From an uncultured Aeromicrobium sp. (GTDB lineage: Bacteria; Actinomycetota; Actinomycetes; Propionibacteriales; Nocardioidaceae), in the NCBI GenBank assembly GCA_964464335.1, contig CAYXFT010000001.1:260-57413 (forward strand): a stretch of 57,154 nt of DNA, read 5' to 3'. Position 1 is the first letter of the stretch. Each line of letters opens with the position of its first letter. The notes under the pieces were generated by a model. That model searched no databases, was not told where the DNA came from, and worked only from the letters and a program-made list of their open reading frames with translations. Below are positions 27,286 to 36,613 of the stretch, in pieces. The position numbers and the translations under genes were made by a program.

Positions 27286-29243
27286 CGCTCGCGCACGACA
27301 CGGACGCCGCGACCGGCGACGCGGTGACGCTCGACTTCATCCGGTCCGCCGTCGACCAGGCGGACCTCAACGCCCTGCGCGTCGCGCTCATCCAGGCGAC
27401 CGGAGACCGTTCGCTGGCGGGGCTCGACATCACGCTCGCGCCGGTGCGTGGTGGCGCGTTCTTCCTGCCGGCCCTGACCCCCGATGGCGAGGAGATCGTC
27501 AAGGAGAGGGCGGTGGAGTTCCTTGCGGACTCCCGACGGCGAGGGCCGGCACCGGCCGACCCGACCGACGAGGAGATCCGCGATCTGGTCCGCGTCCTGA
27601 CCGGCGAGGAGCTCGACGACACGATGCTCACGATGACCCGCGAGGAGCTCGCCTTCGAGGAGTTCCCGCGCGAGACGTCGTGGACCGGCGACCGCCCGGA
27701 CGAAGCCCTGGAGGACTTCCGGGTCCTCGTCGTCGGAGCCGGCGTCAGTGGGATCGCCATGGGCGTGAAACTGCGCCGGCTCGGCATCCCCTTCACGATC
27801 ATCGAACGTCTGGACGACCTCACCGGGACCTGGCACCGCAACCGGTACCCCGATGTCCGCGTCGACACGAACTGCTTCCTGTACCAGTTCAAGTTCGAGA
27901 AACGCTACCCCTGGCCGGAGTACTTCCCGCGCCGCGGCGACGTCAAGAAGTACCTCGAGCACCTCGTCGAGAAGTACGGCGTGGCCGAGCACGTGGTCCT
28001 CGGCCAGGAGGTCGTCGACGCCGCGTGGAACGACGACGAGTCGGTCTGGGACGTCGAGTCGGTCGACCGCGACGGTCGCGTCCACCGCCACCGCGGCCAG
28101 GTGATGGTGAGCGCCAGTGGCGTCTTCAGCACCCCCCGATGGCCCGACATCGCCGGGATCGACACGTTCACCGGCCGCATCCTCCACACCGCCGACTGGG
28201 ACACCGACCTCGATTGGACGGGTCTGCGTGTCGGCGTGATCGGCAACGGCTCGACCGGCACCCAACTGCTGCCGAGCCTGGCTCGCACCGCTGCCCACGT
28301 GACCGCCTTCCAAAGGACCCCGCAATGGATCATCAACTCACCGTTGCTCGGTACCGCGATCACCCCGGAGGTCCACTGGCTGATCGAAGCAATGCCCCAC
28401 TACTGGAACTGGGTCGGCTTCGTGCAGTTCTTCGGCACGGCGCAGACACAGGTCGCCCAGATCATCGACGAGGACTGGCAGGCCGACGGCGGATTCATCA
28501 ACGAACGCAACGACCGGCTGCGGTCTGCGCTCGTCGACTACGTGGACGCCAAGGTCGGTCACGTCCCGCACCTGCGGGAGAACTCGATACCCGACTACGC
28601 CCCGCTCGCGCGGCGGATCGTGATCGACAACGGCTGGTTCGACGCGCTCCTGCGGCCCAACGTGTCGCTCGAGGTCTCGGGGATCGACGCGATCGTCCCC
28701 GACGGCGTGCGGCTCGCCGGTGGCGAGGTCGTCCCGCTCGACGTCCTGGTGCTCGCGACGGGGTTCCACGTGTCGCGCTACTTCCACCCGGTCACGTACC
28801 GGGGTCGCAACGGGGTCACGTTCGAGGATGCGTGGAGCAAGGACGGTGCTCGCGCCTACCTCGGCCTGACCATGCCTGGCTTCCCGAACTTCTATGCGCT
28901 GTACGGTCCGAATGCGACGCCGCGATTCGGCGGATTCCCGCAGTGGGTGGACATCTGGTCCCGCTACGTCCTGGATCTCGTCGTGCGACAGATCGAGACG
29001 GGGGCGGCCTCGGTGGAGGTTCGCCAGGACGTCTTCGACCAGTACAACGCCCGTATGGACGAAGCGACCTCGGCGCTGTTGTGGGAGTCCGAGGGTCAGG
29101 GCAGCTACTTCGTCAACGAGCACGGCCGGTCCGGCCTGCAGATGCCGTGGGAGGCCGATCTCTATCACTCGTGGGTACGGATCGCCGAGCCCACGGACTT
29201 CGTCTGGACAGGCCGCGGGCGATCGTCTCGCGGAGCAAAATAG
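27282..29243 (+). CDS. Type I Baeyer-Villiger monooxygenase, HAPMO-like with N-terminal extension
   Basis: GAGVSG, TGTWHRNRYPDVRVD, FTGRILHTADW fingerprint, GNGSTG, ATGF; ATGA overlap. Confidence 0.9.
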   Translation: MTLAHDTDAATGDAVTLDFIRSAVDQADLNALRVALIQATGDRSLAGLDITLAPVRGGAFFLPALTPDGEEIVKERAVEFLADSRRRGPAPADPTDEEIRDLVRVLTGEELDDTMLTMTREELAFEEFPRETSWTGDRPDEALEDFRVLVVGAGVSGIAMGVKLRRLGIPFTIIERLDDLTGTWHRNRYPDVRVDTNCFLYQFKFEKRYPWPEYFPRRGDVKKYLEHLVEKYGVAEHVVLGQEVVDAAWNDDESVWDVESVDRDGRVHRHRGQVMVSASGVFSTPRWPDIAGIDTFTGRILHTADWDTDLDWTGLRVGVIGNGSTGTQLLPSLARTAAHVTAFQRTPQWIINSPLLGTAITPEVHWLIEAMPHYWNWVGFVQFFGTAQTQVAQIIDEDWQADGGFINERNDRLRSALVDYVDAKVGHVPHLRENSIPDYAPLARRIVIDNGWFDALLRPNVSLEVSGIDAIVPDGVRLAGGEVVPLDVLVLATGFHVSRYFHPVTYRGRNGVTFEDAWSKDGARAYLGLTMPGFPNFYALYGPNATPRFGGFPQWVDIWSRYVLDLVVRQIETGAASVEVRQDVFDQYNARMDEATSALLWESEGQGSYFVNEHGRSGLQMPWEADLYHSWVRIAEPTDFVWTGRGRSSRGAK

Positions 29244-29267
29244 TCCAGATCAACTACTCGGCTAATG

Positions 29268-29288
29268 ATGCTAAGTATGATACTACTT
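29268..29288. promoter_or_regulatory. Shared cluster motif copy 4 (candidate operator) upstream of the ABC operon
   Basis: ATGCTAAGTATGATACTACTT with perfect core AGTAT-G-ATACT. Confidence 0.65.
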
Positions 29289-29336
29289 AGCGTGTGATCT
29301 AGATAACATCGACGGACCACCCAGGAGGAACAAGAG

Positions 29337-30095
29337 ATGACCGAGACGCGATCTCACGCCGGCGACGGGTCGACCGTGACCGCCGGTTCGCCCGTGCTCG
29401 AGATCGATGCGGTCACGGCGGGCTACGGCGTCCACACCGTGTTGCGCGACGTGTCGCTCAACGTCAATGACGGCGAGATCATCAGTCTCCTGGGCCACAA
29501 CGGCGCCGGCAAGTCGACCCTGCTGCGCGCCATTGCCGGTGCGATCGACGTCGAGGCCGGTGACATCCGTTTCCACGGCGAAAGCCAGCTCGGCCACGGT
29601 TCCGCCCGCATCGCGCGAAATGGCATCGCCCTCGTCCCCCAGGGCCGCGGGATCTTCCCGACGCTGAGCATCGGTGAGAATCTCCAGCTCGGAGCCGGAG
29701 TGGCACGCAACGTGACCAGCCGCGAGAAGGTCACCCTCGAGTTCGTCCTCGACCTGTTCCCCGCGCTGACGGGCCGCCTGCACGAGGACGCGGGAACCCT
29801 CAGCGGCGGTCAACAGCAGATGGTCGCGATCGGCACGGCCCTGATGGCCAGCCCGCGATTCCTTCTGCTCGATGAGCCGTCCACCGGCCTGGCACCGGTG
29901 CTCGTCCAGACGATGCTCAACCAGATTCGCTCCGTGCACCAAGCGCTCGGCATCGGCGTCCTGATCGTCGAGCAGAACATCCACGAGGCGCTCAAGGTCT
30001 CCGACCGCGCCTACGTGCTCAGGCTCGGGGAAATCGTACGGGAAGGTCCCGCTGCGACGCTCTTGGACGATCCCGACATCTGGGGCTTGTTCTGA
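29337..30095 (+). CDS. ABC transporter ATP-binding protein (LivF-like)
   Basis: GHNGAGKS, LSGGQQQM, LLDEP, VEQN. Confidence 0.95.
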   Translation: MTETRSHAGDGSTVTAGSPVLEIDAVTAGYGVHTVLRDVSLNVNDGEIISLLGHNGAGKSTLLRAIAGAIDVEAGDIRFHGESQLGHGSARIARNGIALVPQGRGIFPTLSIGENLQLGAGVARNVTSREKVTLEFVLDLFPALTGRLHEDAGTLSGGQQQMVAIGTALMASPRFLLLDEPSTGLAPVLVQTMLNQIRSVHQALGIGVLIVEQNIHEALKVSDRAYVLRLGEIVREGPAATLLDDPDIWGLF

Positions 30096-30146
30096 GCAAG
30101 ACGGCGGCCCGCCGTCTGTCAGCATCACACGAGACAAGGAACAACA

Positions 30147-31379
30147 ATGCGATTGATTCGATCGGCACAGATCGTGGCCGCCGTGGCGGCACTCTCGCTG
30201 GCGGCGGCCTGCACGACTGAGTCCAGCGGTGACGACGGCGGAAGTTCTGGCATCCAGGGCGCCACCGGCAAGGCCACCACCGGCGACGAGACCTACAAGC
30301 TCGGACTCGGCATGCCGCTGACCGGCCCGGCCGCCTCCTACGGCGAGGAGTACGTCATGGCGGTGCAGTTGGGCATCGACGACGTCAACAAGCAGTACGC
30401 CGAGGACGGCATCAAGCTCGAACTCGTCACCGCCGACACCCAGGCCACGGCCGAGGGTGGCATCAGCGCCATGAACAAGCTCGGTGCCGTCGAGAAGGCC
30501 CCCGTGGTCCTCACCGCCTGGAGCGCCGTGGTTGCTGCCGCAACGCCGGTCGCCGAGGACGTCGGCTTCGCCCTGTTCAACGCGGGCGCCCAGAGCCCCA
30601 CGTTGATCGGCTCCAGCCCGAACCTCGTCAACGTCCTGCCGATGAACGATGCGCAGCTGGAGAACTTCACGAAATACCTGGTCGAGGAGAAGGGCTACAA
30701 GAACTTCGCCACGATCTACGTCGACAACGAGAGCGGCCAGGGCACGGCGGAGGCCTTCAAGGAGGCCGTCGAGAAGCGCGGCGGCAAGATGGTGGCGGAG
30801 GAGTCGATCCGTCAGGATGCAACCGACGCCACGACGCAGATCGCCAAGGTCAAGGACTCCGGGGCTGACTTCATGTACATGCAGACGCTGCTGGTCGAAG
30901 GCGCTGCGACGATGAAGGCCTACGGTGACGCCAACCTCGACATCCCGGCCGGCGGCTACGCCGGCGAGGGCGAGAGCCGCATCATCCGCGATGCCGCCAA
31001 GGAGGCCATGAACGGCTTCGTCTACATGTCCCACCTCCCGGAGGACATCGACGGAGTCAACGAGCTGCTCGCCCGCATGCAGGCGGAAGACCCCAAGCGG
31101 GTGCTGGCGAACCAGTCGTACAACGCCTACTTCTACGCGACGCCGTTCACCTACGCCGAGGCGATCAAGACCCTGCGAGCCGAGGGCGCCCCGGTCAACG
31201 GCGAGAACATCCTGGCGGTGCTCAACGAGCGGACCGACATCACGGTCCCGATCATCGGCCCGATGGACCTGACCGACCAGTTGACCTATCACGGGCCGAC
31301 GCTGATCCGTCAGATCGACGACTACAAGGCCGACCCGATGACGGACACGACGCTCGACGCCGTGCAGGCGACCGACTGA
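30147..31379 (+). CDS. ABC substrate-binding lipoprotein (LivK/HAAT fold)
   Basis: Signal peptide with lipobox LAAAC; PLTGPAASYG; Liv-type operon context. Confidence 0.9.
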   Translation: MRLIRSAQIVAAVAALSLAAACTTESSGDDGGSSGIQGATGKATTGDETYKLGLGMPLTGPAASYGEEYVMAVQLGIDDVNKQYAEDGIKLELVTADTQATAEGGISAMNKLGAVEKAPVVLTAWSAVVAAATPVAEDVGFALFNAGAQSPTLIGSSPNLVNVLPMNDAQLENFTKYLVEEKGYKNFATIYVDNESGQGTAEAFKEAVEKRGGKMVAEESIRQDATDATTQIAKVKDSGADFMYMQTLLVEGAATMKAYGDANLDIPAGGYAGEGESRIIRDAAKEAMNGFVYMSHLPEDIDGVNELLARMQAEDPKRVLANQSYNAYFYATPFTYAEAIKTLRAEGAPVNGENILAVLNERTDITVPIIGPMDLTDQLTYHGPTLIRQIDDYKADPMTDTTLDAVQATD

Positions 31380-31388
31380 TCCACCCCT

Positions 31389-31429
31389 GGGGCGTCAGCC
31401 CTCCGCTCCTCGCGGAGGGCTGGCGCCCC
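31389..31429. other. Intra-operon stem-loop after the binding-protein gene (probable mRNA stabiliser or attenuator)
   Basis: GGGGCGTCAGCCCTCCGC-TCCTC-GCGGAGGGCTGGCGCCCC, 18-bp stem, no U-tract. Confidence 0.65.
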
Positions 31430-31464
31430 GCATCCTTACCAACCCGACCCCGAAAGGGCTCCTC

Positions 31465-32436
31465 GTGGACCTCCTCATCACCCTCGTCAAGACCGGATTG
31501 GTCATGGGCCTGCTGTACGGGCTGTTCGCGTACGGTCTGAGCCTGATCCTCTCGGTCAACAAGGTCTTCCACGTCGCCCAAGGTGCGACCTTCGTCCTGT
31601 CGGCATACATCTTCTACACGCTCGGCACCCTCTGGGAGTGGCCGGCGTTCCTGGCCTTCCTCGGCGCACTCGCCGCCGCAGCGGTCATGGCCGCAGCGAT
31701 GCAATACCTGGTCTACGTCCCCCTCCAGCGCCGCGACGCCGATCCGATCGTCATCATGGTCGCGTCACTGCTCGTGGTGGCCTTCGCCGCGTACGTCGTC
31801 GAGTTCGTGTGGGGCGCCGGTGTCGTGTCGGCTGCCGTCCCGAGCTGGTTCGACTGGAGTACCGAGATCGGCCACCTGCGCATCGACATCTACGACATCA
31901 GCGTCGTGGTGATGAGTGTCCTGCTCTTCGCGGTGATGCACTGGTTCCTGACCCGCACGCACGCAGGCCTGGAGTTCCGTGCCGTGGGCGACAACGCGGA
32001 GCGCGCCCAGGCGTTGGCGATCAACCTCGACCGGGTCTACCTGCGTTCGATGGTCCTGGGCTCGATCCTGGTCGTGCCGGCCGCCGTGCTCCTGGCTCTC
32101 AAGGCACCGATCCACCCGAGCATGGGCTTCGACCTGCTGCTCAAGGCCGTCATCGCCCTGACCATCGGCGGCATGGGCCGTATGAGCGGCGCCATGATCG
32201 GCGGCATCCTCGTCGGGTTGACCGAGACGGTCCCGCTCTACTGGCTGCCGACCGAGTGGGGCGAGTTCATCGTCTACATCGTCGCCTTCTTCTTCGTGCT
32301 CTTCCGCCCGACCGGGCTGGTCGGCAACAAGCGCAAGCCGCGCAAGTCCAGGCACAAGACCGACACCCCGTCCACGTCCGATCCCGCACTGGCGGCCGAT
32401 GCCGACGAGTCGGTCAAGCCGACCCCGGTCTCCTGA
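31465..32436 (+). CDS. ABC permease (LivH-like)
   Basis: YGLFAYGLSLI, FHVAQG, RAVGDN..RA, IGGMG; multiple hydrophobic segments. Confidence 0.92.
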   Translation: MDLLITLVKTGLVMGLLYGLFAYGLSLILSVNKVFHVAQGATFVLSAYIFYTLGTLWEWPAFLAFLGALAAAAVMAAAMQYLVYVPLQRRDADPIVIMVASLLVVAFAAYVVEFVWGAGVVSAAVPSWFDWSTEIGHLRIDIYDISVVVMSVLLFAVMHWFLTRTHAGLEFRAVGDNAERAQALAINLDRVYLRSMVLGSILVVPAAVLLALKAPIHPSMGFDLLLKAVIALTIGGMGRMSGAMIGGILVGLTETVPLYWLPTEWGEFIVYIVAFFFVLFRPTGLVGNKRKPRKSRHKTDTPSTSDPALAADADESVKPTPVS

Positions 32437-32458
32437 TCCCGAGCGGAGAGAACTTGCC

Positions 32459-34207
32459 ATGAGCTACTACCTGATCAGCCTGATGGGGCTGCTGCCGATC
32501 TTCATCATCCTGGGCATCTCGTTCAACCTGCTGCTCGGCTACGGCGGCCTGCTGTCGGTGTCGCACGGCGGCTTCTTCGGCGTCGGCGCCTACGCCACGG
32601 CCATCCTCATCAAGGACTACCAGCTGGAGTTCCTGCCTGCCGTGCTCGTCGGGGCGATCCTCGCCGGTGCCATGAGCCTGTCCGTCGGGTACGCGGCCGG
32701 TCGATTGTCGGACGAGTTCCTCTTCATCGTGACGATCGCCGTGCAGGTGGCGTTGGTCGAGCTGTTCAACAACCTCGAGCTCACCGGCCGCTCGGCCGGG
32801 ATCGCGGGGATTCCGCGCCCGACCGTGTTCGGATACCAGCTCGAGACCAACACCCAGGTGATGATCCTGTCCTGGGTCTTCTGCGCGATCGTCACCTTGG
32901 TCTGCTGGCGCGTCGTCCACTCGCCTTACGGCCGCCTGCTCAAGTCGCTCCGCGAGGACGTCCCGGCCGCGCGCTCGCTCGGCAAGCGGGCCTTGTGGAC
33001 CAAGGTGACGGTGTTCGCGTTCAGCTCGGCGATCGCCGGCCTCGCGGGCGGCCTGTACGCGATGCACACGCTGTACATCAGCCCGGCCGAGTTCACCCTC
33101 GACCGCACGGTGGAGATCCTGTCGATCACGATCATCGGCGGCATGGGGGCGTTCTGGGGGCCGTACCTGGGCGCCGCGATCGTGCTCGCGCTCCCCGAGG
33201 CGCTCAGCTTCGCCGACATCCCCGACTCCGTCGCGGGTCCGATCAACGGCATGATCTACACGCTCGCCGTGCTCCTGCTCCTGATCTTCCGTCCCCGGGG
33301 CCTGCTGGGGCGCGACCCCGTGAAGGAGGCGGAGCGCAACGCCGCACGGCGTGCGGCCAAGTCCGGAGCCCCCGCGGAGGGCGGCGCCGAGGAGGTCTCG
33401 CTCGATCTGTTCGCCCGCGTCATCGAGGAGGGCGAGGTGCCCGAGGTCAAGACGCTGCGCTCGGAGGGCATCGGCATCGCGTTCGGTGGCCTGAAGGCCG
33501 TCGACGACGTGACGATGTCGGTCCGTCCGGGTCAGATCACGGCACTCGTCGGGCCCAACGGCGCCGGCAAGACGACGGTCTTCAACCTGCTCAGCGGCGC
33601 ACTCAAGACCGACGAGGGCAAGATCTTCTACGGCGACCAGGACATCTCGAGTCTCAGCATCGAGCGCCGCGCACAGCTCGGCGTCGTGCGGTCCTTCCAG
33701 GAGGTCCGCCTGTTCGAAGGCATGACGGTGCAGGAGAACGTCCATGTCGCGGTCACCGACATCAAGCACGAGACCCTGATCTCGCAGTTCGCGCCCAGCG
33801 CCTGGCGCGGACGTGACGCCACCGACGCCGACCGCGCCGAGAAGGTATTGCGCAGCCTGGGCCTGCACGAGAAGCGTCACACGCTGGCGCGAGACCTCTC
33901 GTACGCCGAGCAGAAGATGCTCATGATGGGGCGCCTGCTCGCCACGGGTGCGAGTTGCTACCTGCTGGACGAACCCATGTCGGGTCTGGATCAGGGCGCT
34001 CGCGCGCAGCTGTCGGACCTGCTCCGGGAGATCGTCGCTGACGGCAGCACCTCGATCTGCATCGTCGAGCACAGCATGCAGGTCGTGCGCGAGGTCGCCT
34101 CCTGGGTCATGTTCCTCGACCACGGTCGACTGCTGACCGAGGGCACGCCCGATCAAGTCATGAACGACCCCGAGCTCACCGCTCTCTATTTCGGTCAACC
34201 GGTCTGA
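32459..34207 (+). CDS. Fused ABC permease and ATPase (LivM-LivG-like)
   Basis: N-terminal NLLLGYGGLLS, SPYGR, IIGGMG; C-terminal GPNGAGKT, LSYAEQK, LLDEP, VEH in one frame. Confidence 0.92.
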   Translation: MSYYLISLMGLLPIFIILGISFNLLLGYGGLLSVSHGGFFGVGAYATAILIKDYQLEFLPAVLVGAILAGAMSLSVGYAAGRLSDEFLFIVTIAVQVALVELFNNLELTGRSAGIAGIPRPTVFGYQLETNTQVMILSWVFCAIVTLVCWRVVHSPYGRLLKSLREDVPAARSLGKRALWTKVTVFAFSSAIAGLAGGLYAMHTLYISPAEFTLDRTVEILSITIIGGMGAFWGPYLGAAIVLALPEALSFADIPDSVAGPINGMIYTLAVLLLLIFRPRGLLGRDPVKEAERNAARRAAKSGAPAEGGAEEVSLDLFARVIEEGEVPEVKTLRSEGIGIAFGGLKAVDDVTMSVRPGQITALVGPNGAGKTTVFNLLSGALKTDEGKIFYGDQDISSLSIERRAQLGVVRSFQEVRLFEGMTVQENVHVAVTDIKHETLISQFAPSAWRGRDATDADRAEKVLRSLGLHEKRHTLARDLSYAEQKMLMMGRLLATGASCYLLDEPMSGLDQGARAQLSDLLREIVADGSTSICIVEHSMQVVREVASWVMFLDHGRLLTEGTPDQVMNDPELTALYFGQPV

Positions 34208-34238
34208 GCCCGATGACCACGACAAAGGAGTTCCACAC

Positions 34239-34988
34239 ATGAGCGATTCGAGGGTGGTCGTCGTCACCGGCGGCGGCGACGGGATCGGCCGCACGATCGT
34301 TCGGCATCTGGCGTCCGAGGGCTGGGACGTCTGCGTGGCCGACATCGACGAGACGGCGGCCAAGTCCGTCGCGGCCGAAGTGGTCGCCGAGGGCCGGCGG
34401 GCCATTGCGGTCGGTGCCGACGTCTCGAACGAGGAGGACGTCCAACGCATCGGTGCGCGCACCGAGGCCGAGCTCGGCTCGCTGCGCGCCTGGATCAACA
34501 ACGCGGGCAACACGCGCCCGGCCATGCTCCTGAAGATGGACGTGGACGCCTTCGACTCCGTGCTCGCGGTCCACGCCCGGGGCACCTTCCTGGGGCTGCG
34601 CGAAGCCGCGCGTCGCATGGTCGCCAGCGAGACGAAGGGCGTCATCGTCAACGTGACCTCGTCGGCGGGACTGGGTGGAACGATCGGCCAGATCAACTAC
34701 TCCAGCGCGAAGGGCGCGATCATCGCCATGACCAAGTCGGGCGCCAAGGAACTCGGTCGGTACGGCATCCGCGTCAACGCGGTCGCACCATCTGCCTCGA
34801 CCGAGATGACCCGGACGATCATGACGAACGAGAAGTTCGCCGCCACCTACCTGTCGCGCATCGCCCTGGGGCGTTTCGCGGAGGCCGAGGAGATGGCACC
34901 GACGTTCTCGTATCTGCTGTCCGACGGCGCCACGTACATGACGGGCCAGGTGCTGTCGGTCGACGGCGGCACCTACATGGTGTCATGA
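34239..34988 (+). CDS. SDR family oxidoreductase (3-oxoacyl reductase-like)
   Basis: TGGGDGIG, NNAG, GQINYSSAK. Confidence 0.92.
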   Translation: MSDSRVVVVTGGGDGIGRTIVRHLASEGWDVCVADIDETAAKSVAAEVVAEGRRAIAVGADVSNEEDVQRIGARTEAELGSLRAWINNAGNTRPAMLLKMDVDAFDSVLAVHARGTFLGLREAARRMVASETKGVIVNVTSSAGLGGTIGQINYSSAKGAIIAMTKSGAKELGRYGIRVNAVAPSASTEMTRTIMTNEKFAATYLSRIALGRFAEAEEMAPTFSYLLSDGATYMTGQVLSVDGGTYMVS

Positions 34989-35806
34989 CGGTCCAGACCG
35001 AGCCCCTCGCTCACCGGTTCGTCGGCAAGGTCGTCCTGGTCACTGGCGCCTCCGGGGGTCAGGGCGAAGCCGAGGCACGTCTGTTCGCAGCGGAGGGCGC
35101 GACGGTCGTGATCGCCGACGTCCTGGTCGAACTCGGGCAGGCGCTCGCCGCCGAGTTGGCCCAGGCGGGCCTGAAGGCGGAGTTCGTCGAGCTCGACGTG
35201 GCGGACGAGGCACGCTGGGCCGAGGTCGTCGCACGGATCGAGGCCGACCACGGTCGCCTCGACGTCCTGGTCAACAACGCCGGCATCGGCGACGGCCGCG
35301 GCATCGTCGATCAGGGTCTGCGCGGCTGGGACCGGCTGCTCGGCATCAACCTGTGGGGGCCGGTCGTCGGCATGCGTACCTGCGCACCCCTGATGGCGAA
35401 GGGCGGCGGCGGGTCCATCGTCAACATCTCGTCGGTCGCTGGCATGACCGGTTACGACCATGCGGCGTACACGGCCAGCAAGTGGGGCCTGCGCGGGGTG
35501 ACCAAGACGGCGGCGCTCGAGTACGCCGACGACAACATCCGCGTGAACTCGGTGCACCCGGGCACGATCGTCACACCGATGATCGCCGTGGTGCCCGAGG
35601 AGGTCGTCCAGAACTACGTGCGGATCAACGCGAACCGGCGGACCGGCGTGCCGGAGGAGATCGCCTGGACGGTGCTGCACCTCGCCTCCGACGAGTCGAC
35701 CTTCACGACGGGTGCCGAGTTCACGGTCGACGGCGGATTCATCGGTGGGTCGTTGAACCGGGCGCTCGAGTTGGCCGTGTTGGCTGCGAAGAAGGAGAAG
35801 GCGTGA
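34985..35806 (+). CDS. SDR, 3-alpha(20-beta)-HSD-like (copy A1)
   Basis: TGASGGQG, NNAG, YTASKWGLRG, RVNSVHPG. Confidence 0.92.
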   Translation: MTVQTEPLAHRFVGKVVLVTGASGGQGEAEARLFAAEGATVVIADVLVELGQALAAELAQAGLKAEFVELDVADEARWAEVVARIEADHGRLDVLVNNAGIGDGRGIVDQGLRGWDRLLGINLWGPVVGMRTCAPLMAKGGGGSIVNISSVAGMTGYDHAAYTASKWGLRGVTKTAALEYADDNIRVNSVHPGTIVTPMIAVVPEEVVQNYVRINANRRTGVPEEIAWTVLHLASDESTFTTGAEFTVDGGFIGGSLNRALELAVLAAKKEKA

Positions 35807-36579
35807 GCTTCGAACGACTGTCGCTGGAGGGCAAGGTCGCCGTCGTCACGGGTGCCGCCAAGGGCATGGGTGCCGAGCACGTCCGAACGATGACGGACCG
35901 CGGTGCCGTGGTGCTGGCGGTCGATCTCGACGTCGACGCCCTCGACAAGCTGGTCGCCGACGTCGGCGGCGCGACCGTGGCCCATGTCGCAGACGTGGCC
36001 GACCTGCACCAGTGGGAGGGCGTGCGCGACCGCGCGCTCGAGCTCGACGGCGCGCTGTCGATCCTGGTCAACAACGCCGGAGTGGTCAGCCACCAGCGCA
36101 TCTCGCAGACGACGAAGGCCGGCTGGGACCGCGTGCTCGACGTCAACCTCAAGGGGACCTGGCTCGGCATGAAGGTGCTCGCCCCGGCCATGCGTGACGC
36201 CGGTGGCGGCGCGATCGTCAACGTCTCCTCGGCGGCCGGCCTCGACCAGCACCCTGACCCTGCCTACACGGCCAGCAAGTGGGGCGTCCGCGGCCTGACC
36301 AAGACCGCGTCCCAGGAGCTCGGCCCGTGGGGCATCAGAGTCAACAGCATCCACCCGGGGTACATCGACACCCCGATGAACGCCTTCGCGTCGGAGGAAC
36401 TGACGGGGTCGATGCTGTCGATGCTCCCGATCTCGCGGCCCGGACAGGCGTGGGACGCCGCCGAGCTGGTCGCGTTCCTCGTATCCGACGCGGCCGGCTT
36501 CATCACCGGTGCAGAGATCGCGGTCGATGGCGGCTGGACGTCGGGCGCCCAGGCCTTCGAAGCGCGCCGCTTCCGCTGA
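35803..36579 (+). CDS. SDR, 3-alpha(20-beta)-HSD-like (copy B1)
   Basis: TGAAKGMG, NNAG, DPAYTASKWGVRG; GTGA overlap. Confidence 0.92.
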   Translation: MSFERLSLEGKVAVVTGAAKGMGAEHVRTMTDRGAVVLAVDLDVDALDKLVADVGGATVAHVADVADLHQWEGVRDRALELDGALSILVNNAGVVSHQRISQTTKAGWDRVLDVNLKGTWLGMKVLAPAMRDAGGGAIVNVSSAAGLDQHPDPAYTASKWGVRGLTKTASQELGPWGIRVNSIHPGYIDTPMNAFASEELTGSMLSMLPISRPGQAWDAAELVAFLVSDAAGFITGAEIAVDGGWTSGAQAFEARRFR

Positions 36580-36613
36580 GTGACACCAGATCGATCGACC
36601 AGGAGGTAGGGAC

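Noticed and set aside
29283..34696. Long antisense ORFs (29283-31292, 32414-34696) and many similar ones such as 21839-23872 and 19662-21539
   Set aside because: Shadow frames of well-supported genes in high-GC DNA; no family motifs, low-complexity Arg/Ala/Gly content
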